Assembly (NCBI GenBank): GCA_032718475.1 | Contig: JAUCBJ010008331.1 | Location: 55,116 to 119,115 of the forward strand | Direction of reading: 5' to 3' | Origin: Nemertoderma westbladi | Lineage: Eukaryota; Animalia; Xenacoelomorpha | Length of the DNA stretch: 64,000 nt | Shown: one piece after another, positions 14,225 to 25,855 of the stretch | Position numbering within the stretch: the stretch's first letter is position 1 | How the letters are laid out: every line of letters begins with the position of its first letter | The notes under the pieces: generated by a model | What the model was told of the DNA's origin: nothing | Databases searched by the model: none | Seen by the model: only the letters and a program-made list of their open reading frames with translations | Position numbers and translations under genes: made by a program

Positions 14225-15465
14225 CAGTCGGGCACTTTGTCAATATTGACATGTTGTCAATATTAACATGTTCCATGTCAAAATTGACATGATGTCAATA
14301 TTGACATGTTTTGATCATAAATTTTTTAAATATTGTGATTTAAAAAGTAAAAAATGTTTTTTTGTAAAGAGAATATCTATTTTAATTAAAATATTGTTGA
14401 ATCCAACCATTGTATATTGTTGTTTGTAATAATTTTAATGATATGTTTTATTGCATGTCAATATTGACATCTAATGTCAATATTGACATGAACGCTGGGT
14501 TCTTATGTTCATTTCACCCCCACCAAATCTATTTAGAGGCCTTCAAGTAGCATCACAAATACTGAAACGAGCTGTCAAAACGCTTCAGTTAGAGGCATTC
14601 TTGCTGCATTATAACTACTGAAATGAGCTTTTGAAACTATTTAGGCCTTCGCGCAGCATGTTAAATACTGAAAAAGAGCTACTAAAACTGTTCAGAGTCC
14701 TTTGTGCAGCATGATTAATACTGAAAAGTGCAGTTGAAATTGTTCAGAGGGTTTCATGTATCATGAGAAAAACTGAAAAGAACTGATAAAACTGCCCAGG
14801 GCACAGGGGCCTTCGCACAGTTTGAAAAATACATAAAATATCTCTCAAAGCGCTCAGAGGCCTTCGTGCAGCATGATAAATGCTGAAAAGGGCTGTTGAA
14901 ACTGCTAAAAGGCCTTCATGCAGCAGGAGAAATACTGAAAAGAGCTGATAAAACTGTTCAGAGTCCTTCGTGCATCACGATAAATGCTGAAAAGGGCTGT
15001 TATAACTGCTAAAAGGCCTTCATGCAGCATGAGAAATACTGAAAAGAGCTGATAAAAATGTTCAGAGTCCTTCATGCAGCATGATAAATGCTGAAAATAA
15101 CATTTGAAGTCGTTCAGAGGGCTTTGTGCAATATGAGAATGCCGAAAATAGCTGTTGAAACTGTTCAACTGCCTTCGTGCAGCATGATAAATGCTGAAAA
15201 GGGCTGTTGAAACTGCTACAAGGCCTTCATGCAGCATGATAAATACTGAAAAGAGCTGATGCAACTGTTCAGAGTCCTCAATCTGTCAATGCAGCATGAC
15301 AAATGCTGAAAATAGCTGTTGAAACTGTTCAGAGGCCTTCATTTCATGCAGCATGATAAATGCTGAAAATGGCTGTTGAAACTGCTAAAAGGCCTTCATG
15401 CAGCATGAGAAATACAGAAACTGGAAACTGGCTCTACATGTCAATATTGACAAAGTGCCCGACTG
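14225..15465. mobile_element. Non-autonomous TIR DNA transposon with 5-bp TSD and internal satellite
   Basis: 30-bp TIR CAGTCGGGCACTTTGTCAATATTGACATGT at both ends. ACTAC is duplicated at 14220-14224 and 15466-15470. The palindrome TGTCAATATTGACA recurs subterminally. Confidence 0.85.
14530..15420. repeat. ~52-bp tandem repeat array inside the TIR element
   Basis: Diverged tandem copies of GCAGCATGATAAATGCTGAAAAGGGCTGTTGAAACTGCTAAAAGGCCTTCAT. Confidence 0.9.
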
Positions 15466-15532
15466 ACTACAGTACTGCAGTAGCCTACTACATTACAGCA
15501 TTACATACCGGCATACCGCACCGCACACCGGC

Positions 15533-16323
15533 ATGTGGCATCACGATCACGGAGGGCCTGGTCTGCTGGTAGCCAGGTAGCGGCAGAGCGGTTGACCCCC
15601 AGACGCCAGACCCTACTTTTTACTGTTTAAGTTAAATACTGAAATAAAGCCCTACGGTCTGACGGTAGGTATGTTATGTAGCCTACCGTAACGGCGTACC
15701 CGCCAGCCCGCGTTCCGGAATCAGCCTTAGCCCCGTACCGGTAGCATATTGCTGTATTGCAGTACTGCCACTGCAGTAGGCCTATTGCAGTATTGCATTG
15801 CAGCATTGTGCTGTTGTGTATATAAACCAAGGCACAACTGCACAAGGACTTTGGCAGTTTGGTATAAACATTTTAGTAAACTACCTGTCTGTGGGGCGAG
15901 ACACGTAGTCGGCGAGCCTTGCGCCAATGTGGCATCACGGAGGGCCTGGTCTGCTGGTAGCCAGGTAGCGGCAGAGCGGTTGACCCCCAGACGCCAGACC
16001 CTACTTTTTACTGTTTAAGTTAAATACTGAAATAAAGCCCTACGGTCTGACGGTAGGTATGTTATGTAGCCTACCGTAACGGCCTGAACGGCGTACCCGC
16101 CAGCCCGCGTTCCGGAATCAGCCTTAGCCCCGTACCGGTAGCATATTGCTGTATTGCAGTACTGCCACTGCAGTAGGCCTATTGCAGTATTGCATTGCAG
16201 CATTGTGCTGTTGTGTATATAAACCAAGGCACAACTGCACAAGGACTTTGGCAGTTTGGTATAAACATTTTAGTAAACTACCTGTCTGTGGGGCGAGACA
16301 CGTAGTCGGCGAGCCTTGCGCCA
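15533..16323. repeat. Tandem duplication of a ~395-bp GC-rich segment
   Basis: 15533-15926 and 15927-16323 are near-identical, differing by a 6-bp and a 9-bp indel. Both copies end in CCTTGCGCCA. Confidence 0.95.
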
Positions 16324-16571
16324 GCTCCGTACTTTACTCTACTGTATGTACAGTATGTTTAGTTTGGTTGAGGGTATCTATCTGGCCTGTTGCTCTACTG
16401 TCCTAACGGTACTGTGTATTGTATTATCCTGTTGTCAGTTATTCTGCTATTCGATATTCCTCTGTTGACTGTTGGTTGATTATTATTATTATTATACTGC
16501 GATCTTGCTTTCAGTTAGCTTATAGCTTGATTTACCACTCAGGGATTACCTGTCCCGTCCATATACTGGCG
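16319..16571 (+). repeat. 5' LTR
   Basis: Direct repeat of 21807-22059; no differences seen by eye. Confidence 0.92.
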
Positions 16572-17014
16572 TGGTGGCTGGCGTTGGTTTATCCTACCTA
16601 CGTCTCTCAAGTCCCCAAATCTACCATATACACTGGATTACGGCGACACTTGTAAAGACGGTGTTATTCAGGCATTATTACGGCTGACAGTGCATTTCAG
16701 CATTTGCATATTGGTAAATTATTTTAAGCGCTCAGTCATCAGTACCGGTACGAAGTTCGGCATTAACGAAGCTCTAATTTAACATGCAGCACAGGACTGT
16801 TAGGCCCCTATTGCAGTATTGAAAAAGGTGCTAGGCCTTCTTACAAATTCGATTTACTCAGTTACTCAAGTTACTACAGTACTATAGGACCGCTCGACTA
16901 CCACTAGGCCTATACCCTATGTACTGGCAACATAGGCTACTGCTACTGAATTTCTGAACTAGGCCTACCGGAGTAGGCCCACTACGACCGATCCTTCAGG
17001 CCTAATTTTTAATA

Positions 17015-20000
17015 ATGGCGTCATTTCGTCCTCCAAAGCAATGGGTTTTGACAGAAACCGAAACGATAACTTATTTTGCTAATTGGCAATCGAATCTTCA
17101 GTATCACCTCTCTCTGCGCGTGTGACGATTTTGCTGAATTTTTGGATCCAACTATTACTTGGGGGAAACCTTCCATCGCTAATCGGGGTTTAATTAATGA
17201 TCCAGAAGCTAAACTGTATCGACGTAATGCTACACAAAAGTGTATCCATTTAGATCGCATGCTTGGTTTGATCGCACAATTTGCTCCATCTTTATTACGA
17301 AATGAAATCATGAAGAGGAGCACATCACTCAATTGGATTTGGCAGCGCATTCGCAAACATTATCAGTTTCGGCAGTCAGAAGTCAACTTCCTCAAGCTCG
17401 CTAATGTAAAACGGGAACAAGGGGAGCGCTACGAAACTTTATTTCAACGAATATGTGCTCACCTTGAAGACAATCTGTTAACTGTAGACTCTCAATTACT
17501 TCATGATGGATCTCCTCCACAGCATGATGAAGAAATTTCGCCTACCGTTAAGCGTCTCGCAGTCTACATTTGGCTTCAGCTCGTTGACGAACGTTTGCCA
17601 CTTCATGTTTCACGAGTATTCGCTCATGATCTACAATCGAAAACTCTCAAAGATCTACAGCCACAGATAGTTGAATCAATGGATTCACTTCTTGCTGAAA
17701 TCAATGTTCAGGAAGATTTACAGGTCAACTTCACCCGAACTTCAAATTCACGTAAAAAAAAGGTTAGTAGGTGTTACTGCATTCAATCATCGCCCCAATA
17801 AATTTTCTAACAGTGTTGCAAGCCATTCAAATAAATGTTGTGTTTTATGTAAATCATCTGGACGTCCATTTACTAGCCATGATATTGCTAATTGCTGGTA
17901 CATTTCGAAATTTGAAAAGTCTCAAATAGCACGGTCTTTTAATGTTGAAATTGATTTGGAGGATTCTGCTGATGCAGCTCCTGAAATAAGTCAGAATGAA
18001 GACGATCCCTCTGTGTATGCTATTTCAATGAATCGTGTCCAGTGTATGCCTTCACCATTCTTTTTCTGTTTTTACAAATCCACAGCATGTAAGATCATAA
18101 TTGATACAGGGGCGACTGGCAATTTAGTTTCTCTGTCATTAGCAACATTAGCTGGGATGCCAATAATGAAATCGGCACAATCTGCTAGTCAAGTCGCTGG
18201 TCAATTAAATATTGTTGGTGAAGTCAATGTTGAATTATTTTTTGGTAATATTGTACTTAAACTAGAGGCTCTCGTTACTGATACAATGGGACCAAATCAA
18301 GACATTCTGGGTGGTGTGCCATTTTGTTGTTGCAATAAAATAGAGGTATCCCTGCTTGCACAAGAGATTAATATTGGTGATACTATTATATCCTATGGTT
18401 CTAAATGCCCTGACTCTGACATTCAATGTTCCCAACCCATGTTATTACGTAATAAGGAACAAACAACACTATACCCTGGTCAGTTCCTCCAAGTTTGTAG
18501 TGACACTCTTTCGTATCTTAATGATGTCGAAGTCCTTTTGCAGCCAGACATTCATTCTCCAATTAATGATGTATCTGTTTCCCGTATAATACAAAATTCT
18601 ATTCGAATAATTAATACATCTGATAATATCATTTCTATACCTCGTAACCAACATCTGGGTTATCTATATAGACTTACTACAACTCCAAACATTAGTAATG
18701 AGCTAATTATTCAACCGAATGTGAGCATAGCTAACCATAAAACTCATACTATCACTACTCCATTCTCCAATTCTGTAACCCTTGATCCTCATGAATTACT
18801 AAACCCACAGCAGCGACAGAAATTAATCAATCTTCATTTATACTATGATCATGTATTTGATCCAAAAATCCAGTCATATAACGACAAAAGTGGTGTTATC
18901 CGTGCTACTGTTAACATTGGCCCAGTCCTGCCTCCACCTCGAAAGGGTTATATCCCATTTTATAATCGTTCAAATTTATCTCTGCTTCAGGCTGAAGCTG
19001 ACAAACTAGAAGCTCTTGGAGTGCTTCAGAAGCCAGAGGATGTGGGAGTTGAAGTTCTTTATGCCTCACCTAGCTTCCTTGTAAAAAAAACCACCAGATG
19101 GTCATCGCTTAGTTACCGCATTTAATGAAATTAGTCGATATGTGCGGATACTTCCATCCAAATCTACGAGGTGTGATGATGTTCTCCGCAGGATTTCGTC
19201 ATGGAAATTTCTTATTATCACCGACCTCACGAAAGCTTTCTTTCAAATTAAAGTTGATAAACGTTCGATTCCATATCTTGGCACAGTTACACCTTTCAAA
19301 GGTCTTCGTGTTTACACTCGATGTGCCATGGGCATGCCAGGGTCTTCTGAGTGGCTTGAAGAATTGACTTCTCGAGTTCTTGGAGATCTGATTCAGAATG
19401 GCTATGTTGACAAGGTTGCAGATGATCTTTATATTGGAGGCAATACTTTTGATCATTTGCTCGAAATGTGGTCTATTGTTCTGGAACGTTTATCCAACAA
19501 TAACCTGAAACTTTCTGGTGCTAAAACAATTGTATCTCCTAGAGAAGCTGTGATACTAGGTTGGAAGTGGTCTTCTGGGACATTGACAATCACTTCTCAC
19601 AAACTCAATCCACTACTTTCTGCAACTCCGCCTAAGACATGCAGTGAAATGAGGTCATTTCTAGGAGCTTATAAGGATCTCTCCCGTTGTATTCCACGAT
19701 ATTCCTCTTTATTAGCTCCATTAGAAAATGCCATTAAGAAACTTGAGGGTCGTAGTCTAATTGTGTGGTCACCTGAGCTCTTGAAACATTTTGAAACTGT
19801 TCAAAATTCGCTAAGATCACCTTATGTAATAACTATTCCAACACCAGAAGATCAGCTCATTATTACTGTGGATGCTTCACCTTTGAATCAAGGTTTGGGT
19901 GCAACACTCTACATTTCTCGTGGAGATAAACGTTTGTTAGGGGGCTTCTACAGTTTCAAAATGAAAGATCATCATGTAACCTGGTTGCCATGTGAACATG

Positions 20001-21767
20001 AAGCTCTGGCTATCTCAGCAGCAATTAAACATTTCGCACCATACATTAAGGAAAGCTCTCATCCAACACAAATTCTCACAGATAGTCGTCCTTGTGTTTT
20101 AGCGTATCAGAACTTATGCAAGGGCCGATTTTCAGCATCTGCCCGCATTTCAACCTTTCTATCAACACTCAGTGCTCATAATGTTACACTTTCGCACTTG
20201 AAGGGATCTGAAAACAATACTAGTGATTACAGTTCTCATCATCCTCAAGAATGTTTGGACTCGTCATTATGCCAAATTTGCTCCTTTGTTGATAGCTTGG
20301 CATCATCTGTAATTAATTCCGTTTCTATTAGTGATGTCCTAACAGGCATGGCTCGAATGCCTTATCTAAACCCTTCTGGCTGGAAATCGGCACAACATGA
20401 TTGCGCAGTATTGCGCAGAGTCTATTCACATCTCACTCAAGGAACACGTCCTCCTAAGAAAACTAAGAAGGCTCATGAATTGCGCCAATATCTTCGAGTT
20501 GCTTGTCGTTTGCCGCGATGACCCATTTCTGCCAGGTCGAGATTTAATCATTGTTCCTACAGCAATCCTTCCAGGTATTCTTACTGCACTACATATACAG
20601 TTTCAGCATCCATCGAAATGGCAACTCATGAAAGTTTTCAACCGCTATTTTTGGGCGATCAAATCCTCCACAATCATGGAAGCTGTAACAGAAGATTGTC
20701 CTCAATGTATATCCATGAAGGTTCTTCCTAATGAGGTGTTTGAGCAATCATTGTTTCAACCATCGGTTTCACCAGGAGTTGCATTTTCGGCTGATGTTAT
20801 TCGGAGAGAGAAACAGAAAATTTTTGTCCTTTGCGATAATTCTTCATTATACACTGCTACACAATTAATTTTAGATGAAACTGCTGCTACCTTACGTGAC
20901 GCCTTGATGCTACTTCTCACTCCATTAAAACTTAGTCAAGTATCTGTAGTACGAGTAGATTGTGGACCTGGATTTCAGGGCTTAAAATCAGATCAACTGC
21001 TATTGCGTTACAATATAACTATTGATCCTGGGCCTATTAAAAATGCAAATAAAAACTGTATTGTTGACAAAATCATCCAGGAAATTGAGATTGAATTTTT
21101 GCGGTTATGCCCATCAGGTGGACCTATATCTGCAGTCAATTTAGCTTTGGCTACTAACTCACTCAATTCACGAATCCGTAACCGAGGATTATCATCAAAA
21201 GAAGTTTTTCTTCAGCGAGATCAGCATACCGGTGAACAGCTGATATTTAGTGACGAACAATTAACCAGTTTGCAACAAGGTTTACGTGATCAAAATCATT
21301 GTTTTAGTTCTAAGTCAAAGGCTCATGGTGGTTCACCCCCAATCAATTATGGTCTAAAGCCTGGAGACTTGGTATTCATTAAATCAGAGGGAACTAAGTT
21401 TACTACTCGTGAACAGTACATTATCACTGACATCTATAACGAGAATTTAGCGGTTATTAAGAAGCTCAATAATGGTCGGTTTGCTTCTAAAACCTATGAA
21501 ATTCCCATCAACCGTCTATTGCCGATTACTCGGCCTTCTCAAAGTGTTGTGGTTGAACGTGAACCAGAAGATGATACAGATGATGAAGAAGAGAGTAATG
21601 TTGCTCAATCGTTGGACCCTGTTCACATTGAGATTCCATCTGATGATAGTACTAGTGATGAAACAGAAACTGAAACTACCTATCATTTACCGGATACTGT
21701 TACAACTCGTGTACCACGTAAAAGACAACCACCTCATTGGTTGCGTTCAGGAGACTATGAAACATAA
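17015..21767 (+). pseudogene. gag-pol polyprotein split by four frameshifts
   Basis: ATG at 17015 (MASFRPPKQWVLTE), Cys/His knuckle CVLC...HDIANC, protease IIDTGA, RT (ITDLTKAFFQI, AMGMPGS, VADDLYIGG), RNase H (TVDAS, CEHEALA, LTDSRP) and integrase (H..H..CPQC, SADV, RVDCGPGF, KPGDLVFIK). Frame changes occur near 17110, 17760, 19090 and 20500. Confidence 0.88.
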
Positions 21768-21806
21768 AATAAAAAAAATAAAAACTTAAAAAGGAAAACT
21801 CTACTG

Positions 21807-22059
21807 CGCCAGCTCCGTACTTTACTCTACTGTATGTACAGTATGTTTAGTTTGGTTGAGGGTATCTATCTGGCCTGTTGCTCTACTGTCCTAACGGTAC
21901 TGTGTATTGTATTATCCTGTTGTCAGTTATTCTGCTATTCGATATTCCTCTGTTGACTGTTGGTTGATTATTATTATTATTATACTGCGATCTTGCTTTC
22001 AGTTAGCTTATAGCTTGATTTACCACTCAGGGATTACCTGTCCCGTCCATATACTGGCG
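21807..22059 (+). repeat. 3' LTR
   Basis: Direct repeat of 16319-16571. Confidence 0.92.
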
Positions 22060-22119
22060 TTGGCTGCTTGGCATACGGTTCATTTCATATAGCTGTATAG
22101 GGCAAATGGCTGAATGGGG

Positions 22120-22400
22120 CATGTCCGTCTTTCTGTCTGTCCGTCGGCATCGCTGATTTGAAATTGAACCAAACTTAGTAGGTAAGTAGTAGAAGGAAAG
22201 TTTAGAAAATTTTTAAAGATTGGTGAAAAATCATGCAGTCTGACGTCAGCTACGACAGATTATGTGGTTTTTAGAAAATGTTTAATTTCTCGGGAACGCC
22301 TCATTTTCCAGAGCTGAAATTTTGGTTGCTTGTAGAGAATCATAAAGTCTATCTTCTACGAAATTGTTAAGAACATGAAAAGTTAAGACATTTAATTGGG
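22120..22400. mobile_element. Possible Helentron/HINE-like non-autonomous repeat fragment
   Basis: A GTCC/GTCT microsatellite-like stretch is followed by repeated AAATT/AAACTT motifs, as in DINE/HINE-like repeats. The ends are not resolved. Confidence 0.3.
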
Positions 22401-23200
22401 GATCGGCTAGAGACTCCGAAGTAATGACATAGGCCTACCGGCAGACCGGTACGGTACTGCTGTACTGTACAAGTACGAAATTGCTCCGAAAATTGCTACG
22501 AAATCAATAATTTATTGATATATAAATATGTAAATAGCATATATATATTTCGACTATTTTTAAACATAAATAACTTCGGTTCTACAGGGCCGTTTAATCT
22601 GAAACTTTTTTAATTGGATAGAGGATAGATTGTAGTGTGTGAAATAGGATAAAACTTGGGAAAAGACTTATGTGCACTTAGTGTAAAATGCACTTAAATA
22701 GTGAACATTTTTTCGATATTTCAAACACTATTATTTCCAGTTCTATTCATCGTAGAATGTTATTTTTTGGATTGAAATGTACTTTGGAATGATTTCTAAC
22801 TATAATCGTAACATTTGTTTAACTTTTTATGTCTATAAAGTGACTTAAAATGTCCATGAATATGGTCCAAAATCGCAAATCCAGATTTATTAAATTGGAT
22901 TTTTGACACTTTTAGCGACTGACACTTGATCATACACCATCGTAGATCGGTAGAGGATAAACATAAGTTTGTTAAATAAGAACCACCATTACGATCTGCT
23001 GAAGTGCATTTGTACAAATAAGTGTGCAAAAGTGCAAATTTTTTAATAAGGTCAAATTATATAGTATTGGGTTATTTTCTTTGCAGATACTTTATTTTCA
23101 TATTAATATGTTGTTTGAACCTTACTGAGCGCATTAGGGGATACTTCAGGGATAATGACTGTAGAAAGGGTCTAATGCCACGGTTAACGAAAACAGTTTC

Positions 23201-23244
23201 TATTTATATGGCCATTTCATCCTCACGGACGTCTTCAGTAAATA
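23201..23244 (-). ncRNA. Minimal type I hammerhead ribozyme in the 3' pLTR
   Basis: The minus strand reads TATTTA-CTGAAGA-C-GTCC GTGA GGAT-GAAA-TGGCCA-TA-TAAATA: stem I, CUGANGA core, stem II, GAAA, palindromic stem III and an AUA cleavage triplet. Confidence 0.8.
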
Positions 23245-23990
23245 AATTAAAATAACATTAAAACACAATTTATAAACCTAAACCATAATATTAAATTTAA
23301 CGTACGGTACAACCAATTATTATGCCACCAAATTCCGATATACACAGTATGATAGGATGTATTAGATTAACATATTTAGATTTATCATAATACTGTATGT
23401 AGGCCTAGAGATATAATTGTAGGCTACAAGTGTTGTTAAGGTATTAGACGTTCAATATTAAATTTAAAAATTAAAAATAAAAATAAAAAAGGGTGCTAAA
23501 TGAAGAGGTGTAAAAAGGGTGGGTAACGTTAAAACCATTAAATGATTAAAAATTGTTAAAAATTGTTGGTTCCAATATTAAGTCGTTGAATTACAAATTT
23601 ACAAATAAAAGTGAGGCTGGTAAAAGGGTAAAAAAATTCTAAAAAAAATGTTGGTTCTGAAATAAAAAATAATTTAAAAATATATTTAAAAGAAGGGAAA
23701 GAATACCTAAGCCATAAAATTAAGGGGGATAAAAGGACACATATTACTGTTACTAAATAAAGGGAATCCCTACAAGATTACGTATTACAATTTTTAAAAA
23801 AGTTTTTGTTTTGGTATTTCCTATTGAATACTAATATGTTCGGCTATAGTACGTACATTACAGCTGGCTGACACAATGTATATTACAGCAAGTAGAGCGT
23901 ACTGCACAGTTAATTAATTATTAGAGGTGGTGTGAGTTTGTTACATCCAAATGTTAGGTGGGGGCGAGCCATCCGGGTCGAAGTTTCATT

Positions 23991-25562
23991 CTATAGAAGT
24001 GGTACCAGTTTATTGAGGGGTGGGCGGTGGCAATTAATGAGTAATGCTTCAGTATGAATACGACGCTGGTGGTTACGAAATTGCTGGACGCATGTTACTT
24101 CGTAATTATTACAGCTACTGAAATGTTGAAGCAATAGCACCTCCGGGTCAGTTGTTGTCACAGTACATATCGGCTTGTTGTTCTTTATTGCCTTATCCAG
24201 AGCTTTCCTGTAGCTGTTGATGTTCTCCCGATGTTTATTGAGCCTCTTGTGCAGACGTTGTTCAGTTTGACCGAGGTAGTATTGATAGGGGTGAGTTTTA
24301 CATTTAATGGTATAGAGAATGTTGCTGGATTTACAATCAAACCTCCCGATGATTGGCTCGCCCCATGGTGTCTCTTTCATATCCGTAATTGCCAAGCAGG
24401 TGAGGCAGCGGGGTTGCAAACATGGATGGTTACCTGGAGCTGTTTGTGGTTCCTGTTTACGTATTAGAAGTTTTCCCAAAGTAGGTGCATTTCGTGGGAC
24501 AGTTTGTAATGTTACACCAAGGTGCTGAACTCGTCTGTTATGCCGACGCACAACTTTGCTGAGGGTAGGGATAAATTGTGGTGTCGTTGACAGATAGAAA
24601 CGTTGGGTAGGAGGTTTTATGTTGTTTTGTTGATTGGTATGGCTTGGTGAATGCGGAAAGTCCTGATCGTGTTCGGCGGCAGTGAATGTTGAACATTGGG
24701 GTGGGTCCCACGCATACAAACTTAAAAGGAAGTTCAAGGGGTATCCTCTGAGTTTACACTTTTCGAGATATAAATGCCTTTGTTGTTTGAAATGATTTGT
24801 TGAATCCGTTAGTCGGCGAATGCGCAGCAGTTCAGCTCGAACTATGGCTAGCAAGGATGGTTTGTGGTGGAAGCTTGAGTATGCGATGGGTAGTTTATTA
24901 GACATTGGTTTCCTATATATTTTGGTTGTTAGTTTTGTTGAGTTTGAAGCTTGAATAGTAACATCTAGGTAGTTTATGGATTTTCTGGAGTAGTCTAAGG
25001 TAAACTGTATAGAGTTGTTATTGTATAGGTCTGAGCAGGCGGAGTTGAATGCATAGTTTAGTTGTTTTATATCAGTGTCAGTGAGCCATTCGTTGTAAAC
25101 ACACAGGCTGTCATCCACTAATGTTCGAAAGTATAACGGGACCCGTAGCGAGATTGCGATCGCCCTCTTGAGCACTCTGTAACAACTTATGATGGCGTAA
25201 TCTCCACTGTGGCTGCCTCCCATGGGCGCCCCAGCCAACTGAAGGTAATAGTGTCCCGAAAACCGGAAAAAGTTGTGAAACAGCAGGAAACGCAATATTG
25301 CTGCAAGTTGTTCGGCGGTGAATTTGGAGCGGTATGGTAACGTAGGGTCCTCGCTGAGTGCTTGCATAGTGGCTTCGATGCCTAGTTCGTGTGGGATGGC
25401 TGTGAACATGTCGATAACATCTACCGTAACAAAAGTGTAGTGATATGTTGATCCTTGTCTGGGTAAAGTTTCTTTTAAGTCCAATGAGCTTTTTAAATAG
25501 TTCGACGCTGTGGTAACAAGTGGGTGCAGGTAGTGGTGCATTAATTTAGATAGGGGAGTGAA
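23991..25562 (-). CDS. Penelope RT-GIY-YIG endonuclease (5'-truncated, otherwise open)
   Basis: VTVDVIDMFTAIPH, YLQLAGAPMG, TLVDD, INYLDV, TKIYRKP, the Cys linker CLQPRCLTC and ILYTIKC...YYLGQT...RLNKH. The frame runs upstream (FTPLSKL) to the inversion junction. Confidence 0.9.
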   Translation of the reverse strand, partial: FTPLSKLMHHYLHPLVTTASNYLKSSLDLKETLPRQGSTYHYTFVTVDVIDMFTAIPHELGIEATMQALSEDPTLPYRSKFTAEQLAAILRFLLFHNFFRFSGHYYLQLAGAPMGGSHSGDYAIISCYRVLKRAIAISLRVPLYFRTLVDDSLCVYNEWLTDTDIKQLNYAFNSACSDLYNNNSIQFTLDYSRKSINYLDVTIQASNSTKLTTKIYRKPMSNKLPIAYSSFHHKPSLLAIVRAELLRIRRLTDSTNHFKQQRHLYLEKCKLRGYPLNFLLSLYAWDPPQCSTFTAAEHDQDFPHSPSHTNQQNNIKPPTQRFYLSTTPQFIPTLSKVVRRHNRRVQHLGVTLQTVPRNAPTLGKLLIRKQEPQTAPGNHPCLQPRCLTCLAITDMKETPWGEPIIGRFDCKSSNILYTIKCKTHPYQYYLGQTEQRLHKRLNKHRENINSYRKALDKAIKNNKPICTVTTTDPEVLLLQHFSSCNNYEVTCVQQFRNHQRRIHTEALLINCHRPPLNKLVPLL

Positions 25563-25811
25563 GAACTATTTTTTTTTATTTTTAATTTTTAAATTTAATA
25601 TTGAACGTCTAATACCTTAACAACACTTGTAGCCTACAATTATATCTCTAGGCCTACATACAGTATTATGATAAATCTAAATATGTTAATCTAATACATC
25701 CTATCATACTGTGTATATCGGAATTTGGTGGCATAATAATTGGTTGTACCGTACGTTAAATTTAATATTATGGTTTAGGTTTATAAATTGTGTTTTAATG
25801 TTATTTTAATT

Positions 25812-25855
25812 TATTTACTGAAGACGTCCGTGAGGATGAAATGGCCATATAAATA
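25812..25855 (+). ncRNA. Minimal hammerhead ribozyme, inverted pLTR copy
   Basis: Identical motif on the plus strand. Confidence 0.8.

Larger units (their letters stand above)
16319..22059 (+). mobile_element. Full-length Gypsy-like LTR retrotransposon, Troyka-type (CG..CG termini, 3-bp TSD)
   Basis: Two 253-bp LTRs (16319-16571, 21807-22059) start CGCCAG and end CTGGCG. TTG flanks both sides (16316-16318, 22060-22062). A TGG-initiated PBS-like sequence starts at 16572 and a purine-rich tract lies near 21788-21798. Internal order is gag-PR-RT-RNaseH-IN. Confidence 0.9.

Noticed and set aside
14905-16655. Short ORFs in the satellite, tandem duplication and LTR
   Set aside because: By-products of repeats, with periodic or duplicated translations and no domains.
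16317-22060. Canonical TG..CA LTR boundaries
   Set aside because: The repeats do not end in CA. Only CG..CG boundaries give inverted termini, an adjacent TGG PBS and a TSD.
23086-23143. Host exon interrupted by the Penelope insertion
   Set aside because: An acceptor-like TTTGCAG is present, but rejoining the flanks gives stops within a few codons in all frames.
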